From positions 307,026 through 371,025 of the forward strand of contig JAZJYZ010000001.1 in the NCBI GenBank assembly GCA_040390125.1: a stretch of 64,000 nt of DNA. Direction: 5' to 3'. Below are positions 25,588 through 35,652 of the stretch, piece after piece. Position 1 is the first letter of the stretch, and every line of letters begins with the position of its first letter. The position numbers were made by a program, and so were the translations under genes. This stretch comes from Patescibacteria group bacterium (lineage in GTDB: Bacteria; Patescibacteriota; Minisyncoccia; Phycocordibacterales; Phycocordibacteraceae). Under the pieces are notes generated by a model. It saw nothing but the letters and a program-made list of their open reading frames with translations, was not told the origin of the DNA and ran no database searches.

Positions 25588-27858
25588 CTAACCCCTAGCT
25601 TCCGGCCAGGGAGCCACTAACAAAAGCTCAGTTTCTTTTTTTGGGAGGTACGTCCAGATTTCTTCCGTGACGAATGGCATGAATGGATGCAGAAGCTTCA
25701 GGAAAAGAGTCAGTATGTAATAGAGAAGTCTTTGTCGTGATGACTTGCTTCTGGCATCCTCTCCTTTAAGTATAGGCTTTGACTCTTCAAGTATTTCGTC
25801 TGCAAACCGGTGCCAGATAAAATGATACAGAAGATCGAACGCAATATCGATGCGGAATTTTTCTATATGTTCTGAAACGTGTTTGGCGAGTACGTCTGCT
25901 TCCCGAGCGAGTGCTTCGTCGGTTTCTGTGTACGGTGCATCTGTAGTGGTTCCTCCACCATTTTCAAGTACGAATCTAGAAATATTCCATATCTTGTTTG
26001 CAAAATTCTTGTATCCACGTATCTTCTCTTCCGAAATTTTACTGTCGGTGCCAGGTGCCATTCCGGCAATCAAAGAAACACGTACAGCGTCCATTCCGTA
26101 TTTCTCTGCCATATCAAGTGGATCAATGTTATTTCCAAGAGATTTTGAAATTTTTCGTCCCTGTCCGTCACGCACAAGCCCATGAAGGTACACCTTTTTG
26201 AAAGGAACTTCATCGAGGAGGAATCCGCTCATGAGTATCATGCGTGCCACCCAGAAGAAGATAATATCGTAGCCAGTTTCAAGAATCGAGGTGGGGTGGA
26301 AGGTTTTCAGATCTTTCGTCTCATCAGGCCAGCCGAGCGTAGAAAAGGTCCACAGTCCCGATGAGAACCATGTGTCTAAAGTGTCTGGATCTTGTTCCCA
26401 TCCTTCACCCTCCGGTTTTTCTATGCTTACGCACATTTCTTCTGCGTCAGTCTCCGTAGCATGATCCCTGCGGATCCGACCAGGGGTCGCCTGTTCACTG
26501 TCCACTGATTGCTGCCCACTATTTCGGTACCAAACCGGTATTCGGTGCCCAAACCAAATTTGTCTGGAGATGCACCAATCTCGAAGATTATTGACCCAAT
26601 TGAAGTACGTTTTTTCATATCTTTCAGGTGTAATTTCGACAGCATTGCTCTCAACAGCTTCTTGCATCATTTTTTTCAAAGTCGTTTTCTTTCCATTTTT
26701 TTCAAACTCCGTATTGACCCCAACAAACCACTGTTTTTTTATTTGAGGTTCAATGATTCCACCACCGCGGCTATTTGTGGCAATGTTGTGAATGTATTTC
26801 TCGTCTATCTTCTCAATAAGACCTTTTGCTTTGAGTTTTTCAATGATGAGCGGTCTCGCTTTCTTGATGTGTTGCCCTGCTAACTCACCTGCGATAGAGA
26901 GGAGGATGCCACGATCATCTATGACTTGTTCTATATCAAGGTTGTGACGTTTTGCGATTTCGAAGTCCACCTGTGAATGTGCAGGCGTGATGGTCATGAC
27001 GCCAGAGCCCATCTCCATATCGGCCGCGTCGTCTTTAATGATGGTTGCCGTGATGGGTCCGTTAATCCATTCAAGATCTATAGTTTGTCCGTGTTTCCAC
27101 TCTTTGTAACGAGCATCATCAGGATGCATGACGACGTATTTATCGCCAAATTTTGTCTCGGGACGCACGGTGCCTATAACAAAAGGGCCGTATTTGAAGT
27201 AATAGAAGGGAACAGACTCTTCGACGTAGTCCATCTCGTCGTCTGAAACGGTTGTTTGAAGTTTAGGATCCCAGTTCACAATCCGGCTACCTCTATAGAT
27301 GAGACCGGCGTTGTACATTCGCACAAAAGCCTCCATGACGGCGTGGTATCGGCGGTCATCCATGGTGTAGGCGTACCTCGAAAAATCGAGCGATGCTCCC
27401 ACATGCTTCATTTGCTCAACAATTGTTTTTTCACTTTCTTTCACGAAGGTATCTATTCGGCTTAAAAGCTCTTCTCGGCCAAGATCATGGCGGGTTTTCT
27501 TCTCTTTTTTGTAGAGCTCGCCTTCGACTTTTGCTTGAGTGGCGATAGCCGCCGAGTCAGTGCCAGGAATCCAAAGAGCACGCTTTCCTTGCATTCGTGC
27601 ATGACGCACTAATATGTCCTCAATAACGAGCATCAACGCAGAGCCCATGTGAAGGATGCCAGTGACGTTTGGTGGTGGTAGCACCATTGAAAATGCTTCC
27701 GTACGCTCTTTTTGACCTTCGGCGCCGTTCAGAGGGGGTAAGTTGTCAGGGTTGAAGTAGCCACTCTCTTCCCAGCGAGTATATATAGAAGGTTCGGCTT
27801 CTTTAGGGTTGTAGGGTTGTAGGAATTTAGGGTCCATAAATACGATATTACTCTCCAA
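25588..27858 (-). CDS. valS: Valyl-tRNA synthetase (short form lacking the C-terminal coiled coil), with a repeat-derived in-frame insertion
   Basis: 756 aa. HMGS (HIGH-like), KISKS (KMSKS), and WCISRQIWFGHRIPVWY, which is ValRS-specific. An inserted segment NSGQQSVDSEQATPGRIRRDHATETDAEE is encoded by repeat DNA at 26443-26532. Confidence 0.85.
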   Translation of the reverse strand: MESNIVFMDPKFLQPYNPKEAEPSIYTRWEESGYFNPDNLPPLNGAEGQKERTEAFSMVLPPPNVTGILHMGSALMLVIEDILVRHARMQGKRALWIPGTDSAAIATQAKVEGELYKKEKKTRHDLGREELLSRIDTFVKESEKTIVEQMKHVGASLDFSRYAYTMDDRRYHAVMEAFVRMYNAGLIYRGSRIVNWDPKLQTTVSDDEMDYVEESVPFYYFKYGPFVIGTVRPETKFGDKYVVMHPDDARYKEWKHGQTIDLEWINGPITATIIKDDAADMEMGSGVMTITPAHSQVDFEIAKRHNLDIEQVIDDRGILLSIAGELAGQHIKKARPLIIEKLKAKGLIEKIDEKYIHNIATNSRGGGIIEPQIKKQWFVGVNTEFEKNGKKTTLKKMMQEAVESNAVEITPERYEKTYFNWVNNLRDWCISRQIWFGHRIPVWYRNSGQQSVDSEQATPGRIRRDHATETDAEEMCVSIEKPEGEGWEQDPDTLDTWFSSGLWTFSTLGWPDETKDLKTFHPTSILETGYDIIFFWVARMILMSGFLLDEVPFKKVYLHGLVRDGQGRKISKSLGNNIDPLDMAEKYGMDAVRVSLIAGMAPGTDSKISEEKIRGYKNFANKIWNISRFVLENGGGTTTDAPYTETDEALAREADVLAKHVSEHIEKFRIDIAFDLLYHFIWHRFADEILEESKPILKGEDARSKSSRQRLLYYILTLFLKLLHPFMPFVTEEIWTYLPKKETELLLVAPWPEARG
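26461..26526. repeat. Intragenic copy of the two-hairpin element (atgatccctgcggatccgaccaggggtcgcc) plus a cactgtccactg motif, in frame within valS
   Basis: The same element occurs intergenically at 43113-43142, 35796-35848, 42228-42258 and 53925-53955. The second hairpin shows compensatory changes between copies (cgacc/ggtcg vs cgatg/catcg vs cgacg/cgtcg). Confidence 0.65.
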
Positions 27859-29065
27859 GCTTTAAATTCCCAAGTGCAGACAAGTCACTCGTTTTGCTCA
27901 TGCCTCCAGCATGCCGGAGATATCCTGCAACGCCAATCATGATGGCATTGTCCCCAGTGAGACTAGAGTCGGGGAAGGCGAGAGTGACTTCTCCAAAGGA
28001 GTCATTTACTAACTCTGTAAGCGCACGTCTGATTTCTCTGTTAGCAGAGACTCCACCTCCTACCGCAAGAATTTTTGGTTTAGTTATTTCAAGTGCACGC
28101 TTTGTTTTTATGACTACAACGTCTCGTGCTGCATTTTCAAATGCTTCCGCAATCTGCTCTTTGTCGTGTTCCTCTAACTTATCCATACTGCGGAGTTTAT
28201 AGAGCACTGCCGTTTTAAGTCCTGAGAAAGAGAAATCGCACGTGTCATCGTGTGCCATGGGTCGGGGAAACGTAATCCCACTGTCTTCGCCTCTCTCTCT
28301 AGCCCGCAGTGCTGATGCGGCGATCTCCGGGCCACCCGGGTAGGGAAGCTCGAGTAAGCGTGCCACTTTGTCGAACGCTTCGCCGATGGCATCATCTTTT
28401 GTTGCTCCTACGTGTTCATAGACGAACGGTTCTTTCATCAGTACAAATTCTGTGTGTCCACCTGAAATCAAAAGAGCCAAGATGGGGAAGTGTACAGTGT
28501 TTAGTGTATAGCGTTTAGGTTGAAGAAGGACTTCGGATTTTTCTGTCCACTGTCCACTGTCCACTATTCCCTTTCCCAGTAAGGCTGACACAATATGTCC
28601 TTCCATATGATCAATACCTAGAACCGGAATATTCCAGGCTCGTCCTAGGCTTTCTGCAAAGTTAATTCCAGTCCACAGCGCAGGCTCAAGCCCTGGCCCT
28701 CTCGTTACTGCAATGAGTGCGACATCGGGCTTTTCAGTAGCGTTTAGAAAAGTTCTTACGTCATTTCTGAATGCTTCATCACGGATGTTTTTGAGAGAAT
28801 TTTCATATGTAGAAGTGTCGTCTGTTTTCTTGTTCAGTAGTCCAGATGCCTTTAGGACTTGTGTCGCAAGTGGTGCAAGGTTGCCCTGGTGCTCCCGTTT
28901 TGCAAGGTTGGGGTAAACTCCACCGTATGGAGCATGAAGCGGTGCTTGAGAGTACAAAGCATCTCCAAGAACAGTAAATGTTGCTTCTTTGAAATCGCCC
29001 TCAGCCTCAATAATGGCTACCGCCGTTTCATCGCAACTGGTTTCTATAGAGAGTATTTTCACCAT
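27848..29065 (-). CDS. tsaD: tRNA N6-adenosine threonylcarbamoyltransferase TsaD (Kae1/Gcp), carrying repeat-derived in-frame insertions
   Basis: 405 aa (typical length ~340). Contains the IETSCDET, HMEGH and GGVSAN motifs. ~22 extra aa (IVDSGQWTEKSEVLLQPKRYTLNT) lie between HMEGH and FPILALLISGGHT and are encoded by repeat DNA at 28489-28563 (tccactg x3, gtgtttagtgt, gaagtccttcttc). Confidence 0.85.
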   Translation of the reverse strand: MVKILSIETSCDETAVAIIEAEGDFKEATFTVLGDALYSQAPLHAPYGGVYPNLAKREHQGNLAPLATQVLKASGLLNKKTDDTSTYENSLKNIRDEAFRNDVRTFLNATEKPDVALIAVTRGPGLEPALWTGINFAESLGRAWNIPVLGIDHMEGHIVSALLGKGIVDSGQWTEKSEVLLQPKRYTLNTVHFPILALLISGGHTEFVLMKEPFVYEHVGATKDDAIGEAFDKVARLLELPYPGGPEIAASALRARERGEDSGITFPRPMAHDDTCDFSFSGLKTAVLYKLRSMDKLEEHDKEQIAEAFENAARDVVVIKTKRALEITKPKILAVGGGVSANREIRRALTELVNDSFGEVTLAFPDSSLTGDNAIMIGVAGYLRHAGGMSKTSDLSALGNLKLGE

Positions 29066-29088
29066 GATTTTGAGGTATTATAACGTAA

Positions 29089-29643
29089 ATGCAAAGAAAC
29101 GACTTACTTGTTTGGATTGACCTTGAAATGACGTCCCTTCGGGATGTCACGAAGGACAGTATTATTGAAATTGCTGTGGTCATAACCGATGCCAACCTTG
29201 CCCTTGTGGCAGAAGGGCCTGACATCATCATTCATGCTGCCCAAACTGCGTTTGAAGGTATACCAAAAGACGCACTCGAAATTCACACAAAAAGTGGAAT
29301 TATCAATGAATCGGTTGCAAGCACCATAGCAATTCAGGATGCCGAAAAAGAAGTATTGGTATTTATTGAAGAGTACGTATCGCCTCAATCAAGTCCACTG
29401 TGTGGCAACTCAATACACATGGACAGAATGTTTTTGCGCATCCAGATGCCAACACTTGACTCGTATCTTCACTACCGTTGCATTGATGTGTCGACCTTGA
29501 AAGGCCTTGCAGAGCGTTGGAAGCCAGAGGTGTACGAGGGTTGGAGATCGGCACGAGGTCTAAAGAAACATCGTGCAAAAGATGACATTCTTCAGTCCAT
29601 AGAGGAGTTAAAATTTTATCGTAAACATTTTCTGAAAATATAA
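29089..29643 (+). CDS. orn: Oligoribonuclease (DEDDh 3'-5' exonuclease)
   Basis: 184 aa. Contains WIDLEMTSL, IIEIAVVITD, the HxxxD motif and the characteristic C-terminus. Confidence 0.85.
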   Translation: MQRNDLLVWIDLEMTSLRDVTKDSIIEIAVVITDANLALVAEGPDIIIHAAQTAFEGIPKDALEIHTKSGIINESVASTIAIQDAEKEVLVFIEEYVSPQSSPLCGNSIHMDRMFLRIQMPTLDSYLHYRCIDVSTLKGLAERWKPEVYEGWRSARGLKKHRAKDDILQSIEELKFYRKHFLKI

Positions 29644-29722
29644 ACATATACTTCTCCCCGCTACCCCGATTAATCGGGGTAGCGCTAACCACTTACTACC
29701 CGCTACTTTCTACCCACTCATT

Positions 29723-31501
29723 ATGAAATCAATCTGGCGTGAAGATTTTCCAAAAGATACGAACCCGTTTCACTTTTTTCTTTTCTGCTCGAAGCCGTAT
29801 TGGAAGCCTGCGACGGTGGCTCTTATTGCGGTTATTGTTGCGGGTTCGTTTTCAGCCTCGATTGCCTACGTATTTAAATTGATAGCAAATGCTGCCGCAG
29901 ATCTTACAGTTGGTGGTTCGTATGAGGCGTTGGCGTGGGCCTGTGCAATGTATGTTCTTTTTCTTCTTGCTGCAAAAGCGTCGTGGCGGGTTTCCGGGTT
30001 TGCGGGTATGCGGTGGGCAACGGGCGCTCGTGCCACAGCTCGTCAGACTTTGACGTCATACGTAACACTCCATAGTCGTGCCTATTTTTCTGATAGGTTT
30101 GCAGGCTCCATCGCTAACAAAATAAGCCACGCAGGGGGTGGCATGTTGGAGATAGTCGAGAAAATCCTGTGGGATTTTCTCGAGCTCATTGTCGCTGCGA
30201 TAGTGAGCCTCATCATTGCGTTTTTTGTTTCTCCCGCAATTGCGTGGATTCTTCTCTTCTGGCTTTTCACTGTTGTAATCATCAATGTGTATTTTGCACG
30301 CAAGCGTCGTCCGCTTTCAATGCACGCTCAAGCACTTGAGACCAAACTTACGGGTATGACCGTAGACCTTCTTTCTAACATCACCACAATGCAGGAGTAT
30401 GCCAGGCGTGAATTTGAAATGGATAATTTTAAGGATGCAATAATGGAACGCCGAGTGGCGGGATTGAAAAATTGGGGTTTCAGTGAATACGTACTTGTTT
30501 TTAATAATATTCTCCAGTTCATTTTCGGCAGTGCAATGCTTTTTATTGCGGTGACGCTTATGCATAGTGGCGTTATATCGTTGGGAGACATTATTCTTGT
30601 CATCGTGATCATATTCAGGATAGAAGGTCACTTGCAGAGTCTGGGGAACAATATAAATAGAATGTCCAACACCTGGGGCGAAGTTGAGGAGAGTCTTCAG
30701 GAGATAGTTGCACCTCACGAGATTGCCGACTCGGCCGATGCAAGTACCTGTAGCATTTCTGTCGGTGAGATACGTCTTGTGGACGTCGGCTTCAATTATG
30801 ACGATGTGCCTATATTCGAGAAATTGAATCTTTTTATACCTGCAGGACAGCGTGTTGGCATAGTAGGGAGGAGTGGTGCAGGTAAGTCGACATTAATGCG
30901 AATCCTTCTTCGTCACCATGAGCTTCATAGCGGGGCGGTTATGATTGACGGCACCGACATTGCACAGGTAACGCAAGACTCACTTCGTTGTGGCATATCA
31001 GTCGTACCTCAAGAGCCGTTGCTCTTTCATCGCTCTATCAGTGCCAATATTGCGTATGGAAAGCCTGATGCAACTCAGGCAGAGATAGAGGAGGCAGCAC
31101 GCCTTGCACAGGCTCACGATTTTATTCAAAGACTTTCCGAAGGGTATGAATCGCTTGTGGGGGAACGCGGGGTAAAGCTTTCAGGTGGTGAGCGTCAACG
31201 CATCGCCATCGCTCGTGCCATCCTTAAAAATGCCCCTATTCTTCTTATGGATGAGGCTACGGCGTCCTTAGATAGCGAGAGCGAAGTTGCTATTCAAAAC
31301 GCACTTCGAGAGCTTATGAAAGGTAAGACAGTTATTGCTATCGCACATCGTCTTTCAACCCTTCGAGAGATGGATCGCATTATTGTTATGGACAGAGGGA
31401 AAATAATTGAGGAAGGAACTCATGACGAATTAGTGAAAACGGGAGGTACGTATTCAGAACTTTGGAATCACCAAGCGGGAGGCTTTTTGCAGGACACATA
31501 G
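29723..31501 (+). CDS. ABC transporter, fused permease/ATP-binding exporter (MsbA-like)
   Basis: 592 aa with 6 TM helices. Walker A GRSGAGKST, the signature LSGGERQR and Walker B LLMDEATASLD are all present. Confidence 0.85.
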   Translation: MKSIWREDFPKDTNPFHFFLFCSKPYWKPATVALIAVIVAGSFSASIAYVFKLIANAAADLTVGGSYEALAWACAMYVLFLLAAKASWRVSGFAGMRWATGARATARQTLTSYVTLHSRAYFSDRFAGSIANKISHAGGGMLEIVEKILWDFLELIVAAIVSLIIAFFVSPAIAWILLFWLFTVVIINVYFARKRRPLSMHAQALETKLTGMTVDLLSNITTMQEYARREFEMDNFKDAIMERRVAGLKNWGFSEYVLVFNNILQFIFGSAMLFIAVTLMHSGVISLGDIILVIVIIFRIEGHLQSLGNNINRMSNTWGEVEESLQEIVAPHEIADSADASTCSISVGEIRLVDVGFNYDDVPIFEKLNLFIPAGQRVGIVGRSGAGKSTLMRILLRHHELHSGAVMIDGTDIAQVTQDSLRCGISVVPQEPLLFHRSISANIAYGKPDATQAEIEEAARLAQAHDFIQRLSEGYESLVGERGVKLSGGERQRIAIARAILKNAPILLMDEATASLDSESEVAIQNALRELMKGKTVIAIAHRLSTLREMDRIIVMDRGKIIEEGTHDELVKTGGTYSELWNHQAGGFLQDT

Positions 31502-31653
31502 ACTTCTTTGTTAGTTCGAGTCATTGCGCAAGCTTGAAAAAGCTCTTGAAACGAGCTATTCTCTCCCGTACCGTGCGGTGAGCAGAGGCTTTACTGCAGA
31601 GGTATAGAGAAAGAGTGCTCATGCAGAATATGCATTAACCTCTTTAGGGTTTT

Positions 31654-31726
31654 GCGCGGTTAGCTCAGTTGGTAGAGCGCGTCATTGACGTTGACGATGT
31701 CGGGGGTTCGAATCCCTCACCGCGCA
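31654..31726 (+). tRNA. tRNA-Val (anticodon GAC), no encoded CCA
   Basis: Acceptor GCGCGGT/ACCGCGC. D-arm GCTC-AGTTGGTA-GAGC. Anticodon stem CGTCA/TGACG with loop TTGACGT. T-arm GGGGG-TTCGAAT-CCCTC. Confidence 0.9.
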
Positions 31727-31986
31727 CTTGAGAGAGCTTCTTGCGAACGAGAGTGTGCAGTGAGCGAAACGCCTGCGCGTTTTGCGTAGGGATTCGAAGG
31801 GAATTTTTATGTTTTTTCAGCAGGAAAAACTAAAATTCCGGGGTCGAGGAGGGAGAATGCGACGGCACTCTCCCGAGGTGACCGAATCCTTCGCTCGTAT
31901 GAGGGATTCGAGTGAATCGTGCCGAGAGGCTTCAGGAAATTTTTCTGTTGTAAAATTATCCGTGACCGAATTCCTCATCGCACACC
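31727..31986 (+). mobile_element. tRNA-Val-associated element (~260 bp). It has an inverted T-arm copy (gggattcgaa), two degenerate direct copies of the tRNA 3' end (31878-31897 and 31966-31986), and the shared block aaaattatccgtgaccga
   Basis: The blocks gggattcgaagg, ggggtcgagga and aaaattatccgtgaccga are shared with the tRNA-Lys element at 56629-56814. The terminal copy accgaattcctcatcgcacac resembles the tRNA 3' end gttcgaatccctcaccgcgcac. Confidence 0.4.
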
Positions 31987-32023
31987 AGGTCTAGGAATTA
32001 GTGGTCCTCTTCTAATTTTTCTT

Positions 32024-32608
32024 ATGAATCCAATCGACATTTTAGCCAACGGGGGAATCGTGCTTTATCCAACCGATACTCTGTACGGGCTCGGAGTGGA
32101 TGCTGTGAATAGTGATGCACTCAAGAAACTGCGAGTGCTTAAAGGTAGGGAAGAGGGCAAGCCGATTTCTATTGTTGTTTCTGATATGAAGATGGCGGAA
32201 GAGCATGCGGAAGTGACACCGCTTGCATTGAAACTTGCCGAAGCATTTCTTCCAGGAAAGCTCACGCTTATTTTGAAAGCGAAGGACAACCTACCTCTCG
32301 AACTTACGGCTGGTACAGGCACTGTAGGGATACGCATACCTAATCACATTCTTTGTTTGAATTTGGCACGAGAGCTTGGTCGCCCTTACACTGCCACCTC
32401 TGCCAACGTGAGTGATATGGAACCTAAAAGCTCCGTGCCTGCCATACTTGCGCAATTCGGCTCGGCGAGCAGCCTCATTGATCGAACTATTGATGTAGGG
32501 GAGCTCTTGGAATCTCTTCCCTCAACTGTGGTCGACGCACGTGGAGCACTACCGCATATTATCCGTGAAGGCGCAGTTTCTAGGCAAGATATAGAAAATC
32601 TAAATTAA
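32024..32608 (+). CDS. tsaC: L-threonylcarbamoyladenylate synthase TsaC (YrdC/Sua5 family)
   Basis: Contains GGIVLYPTDTLYGLGVDA, IRIPNH and TATSAN. Start moved to the in-frame MNPIDIL at 32024, because the upstream part of ORF 31919 overlaps the tRNA-Val repeat element. Confidence 0.8.
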   Translation: MNPIDILANGGIVLYPTDTLYGLGVDAVNSDALKKLRVLKGREEGKPISIVVSDMKMAEEHAEVTPLALKLAEAFLPGKLTLILKAKDNLPLELTAGTGTVGIRIPNHILCLNLARELGRPYTATSANVSDMEPKSSVPAILAQFGSASSLIDRTIDVGELLESLPSTVVDARGALPHIIREGAVSRQDIENLN

Positions 32609-32687
32609 CCTCATTCTAGTGTTTTGCAAAACGTTGGAATGAAGTCGGCTTTTTGTATCCTTAATTATATGGCTATAGTATCAAGTC

Positions 32688-32729
32688 CGATATAGTATAA
32701 AAGTGCGACCGCACTTTTATACTATATCG
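32688..32729. repeat. 42-bp perfect palindrome cgatatagtataaaagtgcgaccgcacttttatactatatcg (copy 1; copy 2 at 35653-35694)
   Basis: The two copies differ at a single position (A/G). Together they bracket a 2.9-kb segment holding two tRNAs, an unknown HEPN-like protein gene and an alkA-like gene. Confidence 0.7.
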
Positions 32730-32772
32730 ACACTGTAGGTTGGAGTGCTAGTTTTTTACGGCAACTATTAGG

Positions 32773-32802
32773 ATCTTCAGATTACTGAAGATTAATTTTT
32801 TT
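32773..32802 (+). terminator. Terminator hairpin ATCTTCAG-ATTA-CTGAAGAT followed by TAATTTTTTT
   Basis: An 8-bp stem plus a T-run downstream of tsaC. Confidence 0.55.
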
Positions 32803-32808
32803 CTGTAT

Positions 32809-33651
32809 TTATTTTGGAAACACATCTACAAGTTCGTCAGAGTAGTAGAAAAGTGCTCCAAGTTCTCCGAATAAATACGTTTTTCCTCCTGTTTGAATAG
32901 CTGCACCTCCGGTAACAGGTGATGGGTTAGGGTTCGATTTTTGAAAACCGATATTAAAGAGTGTGCCGACCACATCTGGATTTTGCGTTATGTCGTAGCC
33001 TGCTCTCTTCCACTGTGCTTGAATTTCTTTTATATAGAGTGCTGTATAGAGGTATGAGTAGTAATGGTCTTTGGGGTCGGTGAGCCGTCTATAGAGCTCC
33101 ACGTCGTGCTCAACCCCTGCTGGGTATGCAATAAGGGCTTGCATTGCGGATCCGGGGTAAAAAGGAGATGAGGAATCCTGTGCATTAAGTTCAATCATGT
33201 TGGCGGTTTCTTGCTTGATTCCTGAAACGCCTAAGGAAAATTGCGAGAGGGAACCAAGGATTTTCAATGGTTCAAAATAGCTTTTAAACACTTCGCGTTC
33301 CGAGGTGAAGAATCGAATTTGCTCAGGGATTACCACCGTTGCAATCATACGTTTTGATACTCCGGTTTCTGACGATACCCGTGCAATTATCTCTGTATCT
33401 TTGAGGAGACCTCCTTTGACCGTCTCCCACTCAGGAGTTTTATTCCAAACGCACTCTGGGCGGTTCATATCGAGGCAGGGGATGGCGTCTGGTTTTTTCC
33501 CGAAGAATGCGTTTCTTTCATCAACTGCTCCACGCACATTCAAAAGTCCAAATTGCATGGCCACAAAGACCCCACTAAAAAGCACCCCAATAAGGGCGAA
33601 GATACCGATAAGTACAAAAAAAATTCTTTTGAAGATTTTATTACTATTCAT
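32809..33651 (-). CDS. Hypothetical secreted/membrane-anchored protein (280 aa, N-terminal TM/signal)
   Basis: ORF with N-terminal hydrophobic segment IFFVLIGIFALIGVLFSGVFVAM. No recognised domain. Confidence 0.45.
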   Translation of the reverse strand: MNSNKIFKRIFFVLIGIFALIGVLFSGVFVAMQFGLLNVRGAVDERNAFFGKKPDAIPCLDMNRPECVWNKTPEWETVKGGLLKDTEIIARVSSETGVSKRMIATVVIPEQIRFFTSEREVFKSYFEPLKILGSLSQFSLGVSGIKQETANMIELNAQDSSSPFYPGSAMQALIAYPAGVEHDVELYRRLTDPKDHYYSYLYTALYIKEIQAQWKRAGYDITQNPDVVGTLFNIGFQKSNPNPSPVTGGAAIQTGGKTYLFGELGALFYYSDELVDVFPK

Positions 33652-33704
33652 AGAGATTTACATGTCCAAAAATAGTCCCGCATTAAACGGGTTATTTTTC
33701 GACA

Positions 33705-33776
33705 TGACCCCACCGGGAATCGAACCCGGGTTCCAAGCTTGAAAAGCTTGTGTCCTAACCGTTAGACGATGGGGCC
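33705..33776 (-). tRNA. tRNA-Glu (anticodon TTC)
   Basis: Read on the reverse complement: acceptor GGCCCCA/TGGGGTC (one G-U pair), anticodon stem CAAGC/GCTTG with loop TTTTCAA, T-arm CCGGG-TTCGATT-CCCGG. A palindromic terminator lies downstream at 33661-33704. Confidence 0.85.
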
Positions 33777-33998
33777 GAACGAGAAGGAAAATGAATTTCA
33801 AGATTCATTTTCTTCGAGAGAGGCCCCGCTTAGCCGAAGGCGACTGGGGCCGAAGCAGAAAATATAGCATTTCCAACAAAAAATGCTAGAATCTCCAAGT
33901 TCTGCAAGGATTTTTGAAGAATAAGAGAATTGGAAAACTAGCTGGTTTATGGAAGTAAGTAATTTTACCTCCCTATACGGCTGACATAGTAAACATAC

Positions 33999-34085
33999 GG
34001 AGAGGTGGCTGAGTGGTCGAAAGCACCGGTTTCGAAAACCGGCAGAGGTGAAAGCTTCTCGGGAGTTCGAATCTCCCCCTCTCCG
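33999..34085 (+). tRNA. tRNA-Ser (anticodon CGA), class II
   Basis: Acceptor GGAGAGG/CCTCTCC. Anticodon stem CCGGT/ACCGG with loop TTCGAAA. Long variable arm. T-arm GGGAG-TTCGAAT-CTCCC. Discriminator G. Confidence 0.85.
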
Positions 34086-34128
34086 CCCGAAGAAAAAAGT
34101 ATCGTAGGTATGTTGAGACCTTGGTCTT

Positions 34129-34896
34129 ATGGAAAAAATTACCCGAGCAAAACAGCTTATTGATGAGCTCCAGATAAAAGTCACGGCTTATTTTGCAGCT
34201 GATCCATATAAAATTGGAACAAAAAAGGACCCAGTTAATGGGCGTCTTATTTATTACATTCAGGAAATTAAAGACCTTCCTGTTGAAATCAAAACAATAA
34301 CGGGAGATGTGATACAAAATCTAAGAAGTGCCCTTGATCAATTGGCTTATAGTCTTTTTATAAAAGCAGGTGGGGCGCCCGCAGATGCGAGACATGTTTA
34401 TTTTCCTATCGTTGAAAGTGAAATAAAATTCAAAGAGGCAAACACGCAAAAGAAAATAGCAGGCCTATCTCAGATAGCGGTGAATGCGATTATTGCAGTT
34501 AGGCCCTATAAAGAAGGGAATATAAGACTTTGGCAACTACATGAGCTGAATAACCTTGATAAACACCGACTTCTTATAACGGCCGGATCTTCTTTCGGAA
34601 GTATGGATATTGCATCGCATGCCTTGAGATTGTTGTCAGCAGGCATTCCTGGTATGGAAAATATTTCTATGCCGCCCGTATTTATAAAGCCCGCAGACAA
34701 TCTATTTCCTTTAAAGCAAGGAGACGAACTCTTTATTGATGGCCCAGAAGCCACTCCAAATCCTAAAATAAGTTTTAATATTCAGCTCGTTCTCAATGAA
34801 ACGGGTATCGCAGAGGGACAGCCCCTGATGCCTTTTCTTAGGGGAATGGCTGATGAGGTAGAAACTACTTTTAACGTTTTTAAGCCTTTGTTGTAA
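34129..34896 (+). CDS. Hypothetical protein (255 aa) with a possible HEPN-like Rx4H motif (RLWQLH); candidate defence/abortive-infection-type gene next to a tRNA
   Basis: No clear family match. The Rx4-6H motif is present once (NIRLWQLHELNNLDKHR). The gene lies 43 bp after tRNA-Ser(CGA), inside the segment bracketed by the 42-bp palindromes. Confidence 0.4.
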   Translation: MEKITRAKQLIDELQIKVTAYFAADPYKIGTKKDPVNGRLIYYIQEIKDLPVEIKTITGDVIQNLRSALDQLAYSLFIKAGGAPADARHVYFPIVESEIKFKEANTQKKIAGLSQIAVNAIIAVRPYKEGNIRLWQLHELNNLDKHRLLITAGSSFGSMDIASHALRLLSAGIPGMENISMPPVFIKPADNLFPLKQGDELFIDGPEATPNPKISFNIQLVLNETGIAEGQPLMPFLRGMADEVETTFNVFKPLL

Positions 34897-34975
34897 GGAT
34901 AGAATCACCAAGTCATCCTCGCTGTCGAGGTCTCGGCATGCCGTCCGAAAAGACGCTAGAATATCCTTATGGTGC

Positions 34976-35629
34976 TTGCAGTGGTGGATGCTAACTGTAA
35001 GTGGCCCGCCAGCAATGAATTCAACGAATCTAATGGTCGCTCTTAAGTATCTTTCCAAGGACACACACTTAGGAAAGGTGGTTAAGAAGGGTCCAAAGCC
35101 TGACTTTAAGCCTGCACGGAATGTCTATGAAGCGCTGGTGCGCTCTATTGTGTATCAACAACTCTCTGGGAAGGCAGCTGGGACAATACTTCGAAGATTT
35201 CTCGCTCTGTTTCCAGGAACTGGATATCCAAAGCCGGAAGCAGTGTTAAAAATGAGTATCGCAAAAATGCGAAGCGCAGGTCTTTCCGGGCAGAAGACTG
35301 CGTATATAAAAGACCTTTCGGCAAAATTCTTAGACGGCACTATAGAACCGAGGAAATTTAAGGTGATGACTGACGAAGAGATACGTACGCATTTAATTGC
35401 GGTGAAGGGTATTGGCAGGTGGAGTGCAGACATGTTCTTGATGTTTGCGTTAAACAGACCAGACGTGCTTCCAACCGGGGACTTGGGTATCCGCAAGGGA
35501 TTTCAAGAACTTTTTAAACTGAAAAACTTGCCCGATGCAAAGAAAATGGAGCGTTTCGCTGAGCCGTGGAAGCCATACCGCACTGTTGCCTCATGGTACC
35601 TGTGGCGGATTGCGGATTCACTAAAGTAA
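34976..35629 (+). CDS. DNA-3-methyladenine glycosylase II-like (AlkA C-terminal domain, HhH-GPD superfamily)
   Basis: VKGIGRWSADMFLMFALNRPDVLPTGDLGIRKG is the HhH-GPD motif with the catalytic Asp. The true start may be an internal Met. Confidence 0.7.
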   Translation: MQWWMLTVSGPPAMNSTNLMVALKYLSKDTHLGKVVKKGPKPDFKPARNVYEALVRSIVYQQLSGKAAGTILRRFLALFPGTGYPKPEAVLKMSIAKMRSAGLSGQKTAYIKDLSAKFLDGTIEPRKFKVMTDEEIRTHLIAVKGIGRWSADMFLMFALNRPDVLPTGDLGIRKGFQELFKLKNLPDAKKMERFAEPWKPYRTVASWYLWRIADSLK

Positions 35630-35652
35630 TTTCCAAAAAACTCCCGAGGAGT

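Noticed and set aside
31919-32023. Upstream extension of tsaC (ORF start 31919)
   Set aside because: The extension is encoded by the tRNA-Val-associated repeat element, whereas the conserved TsaC N-terminus begins at MNPIDIL (32024).
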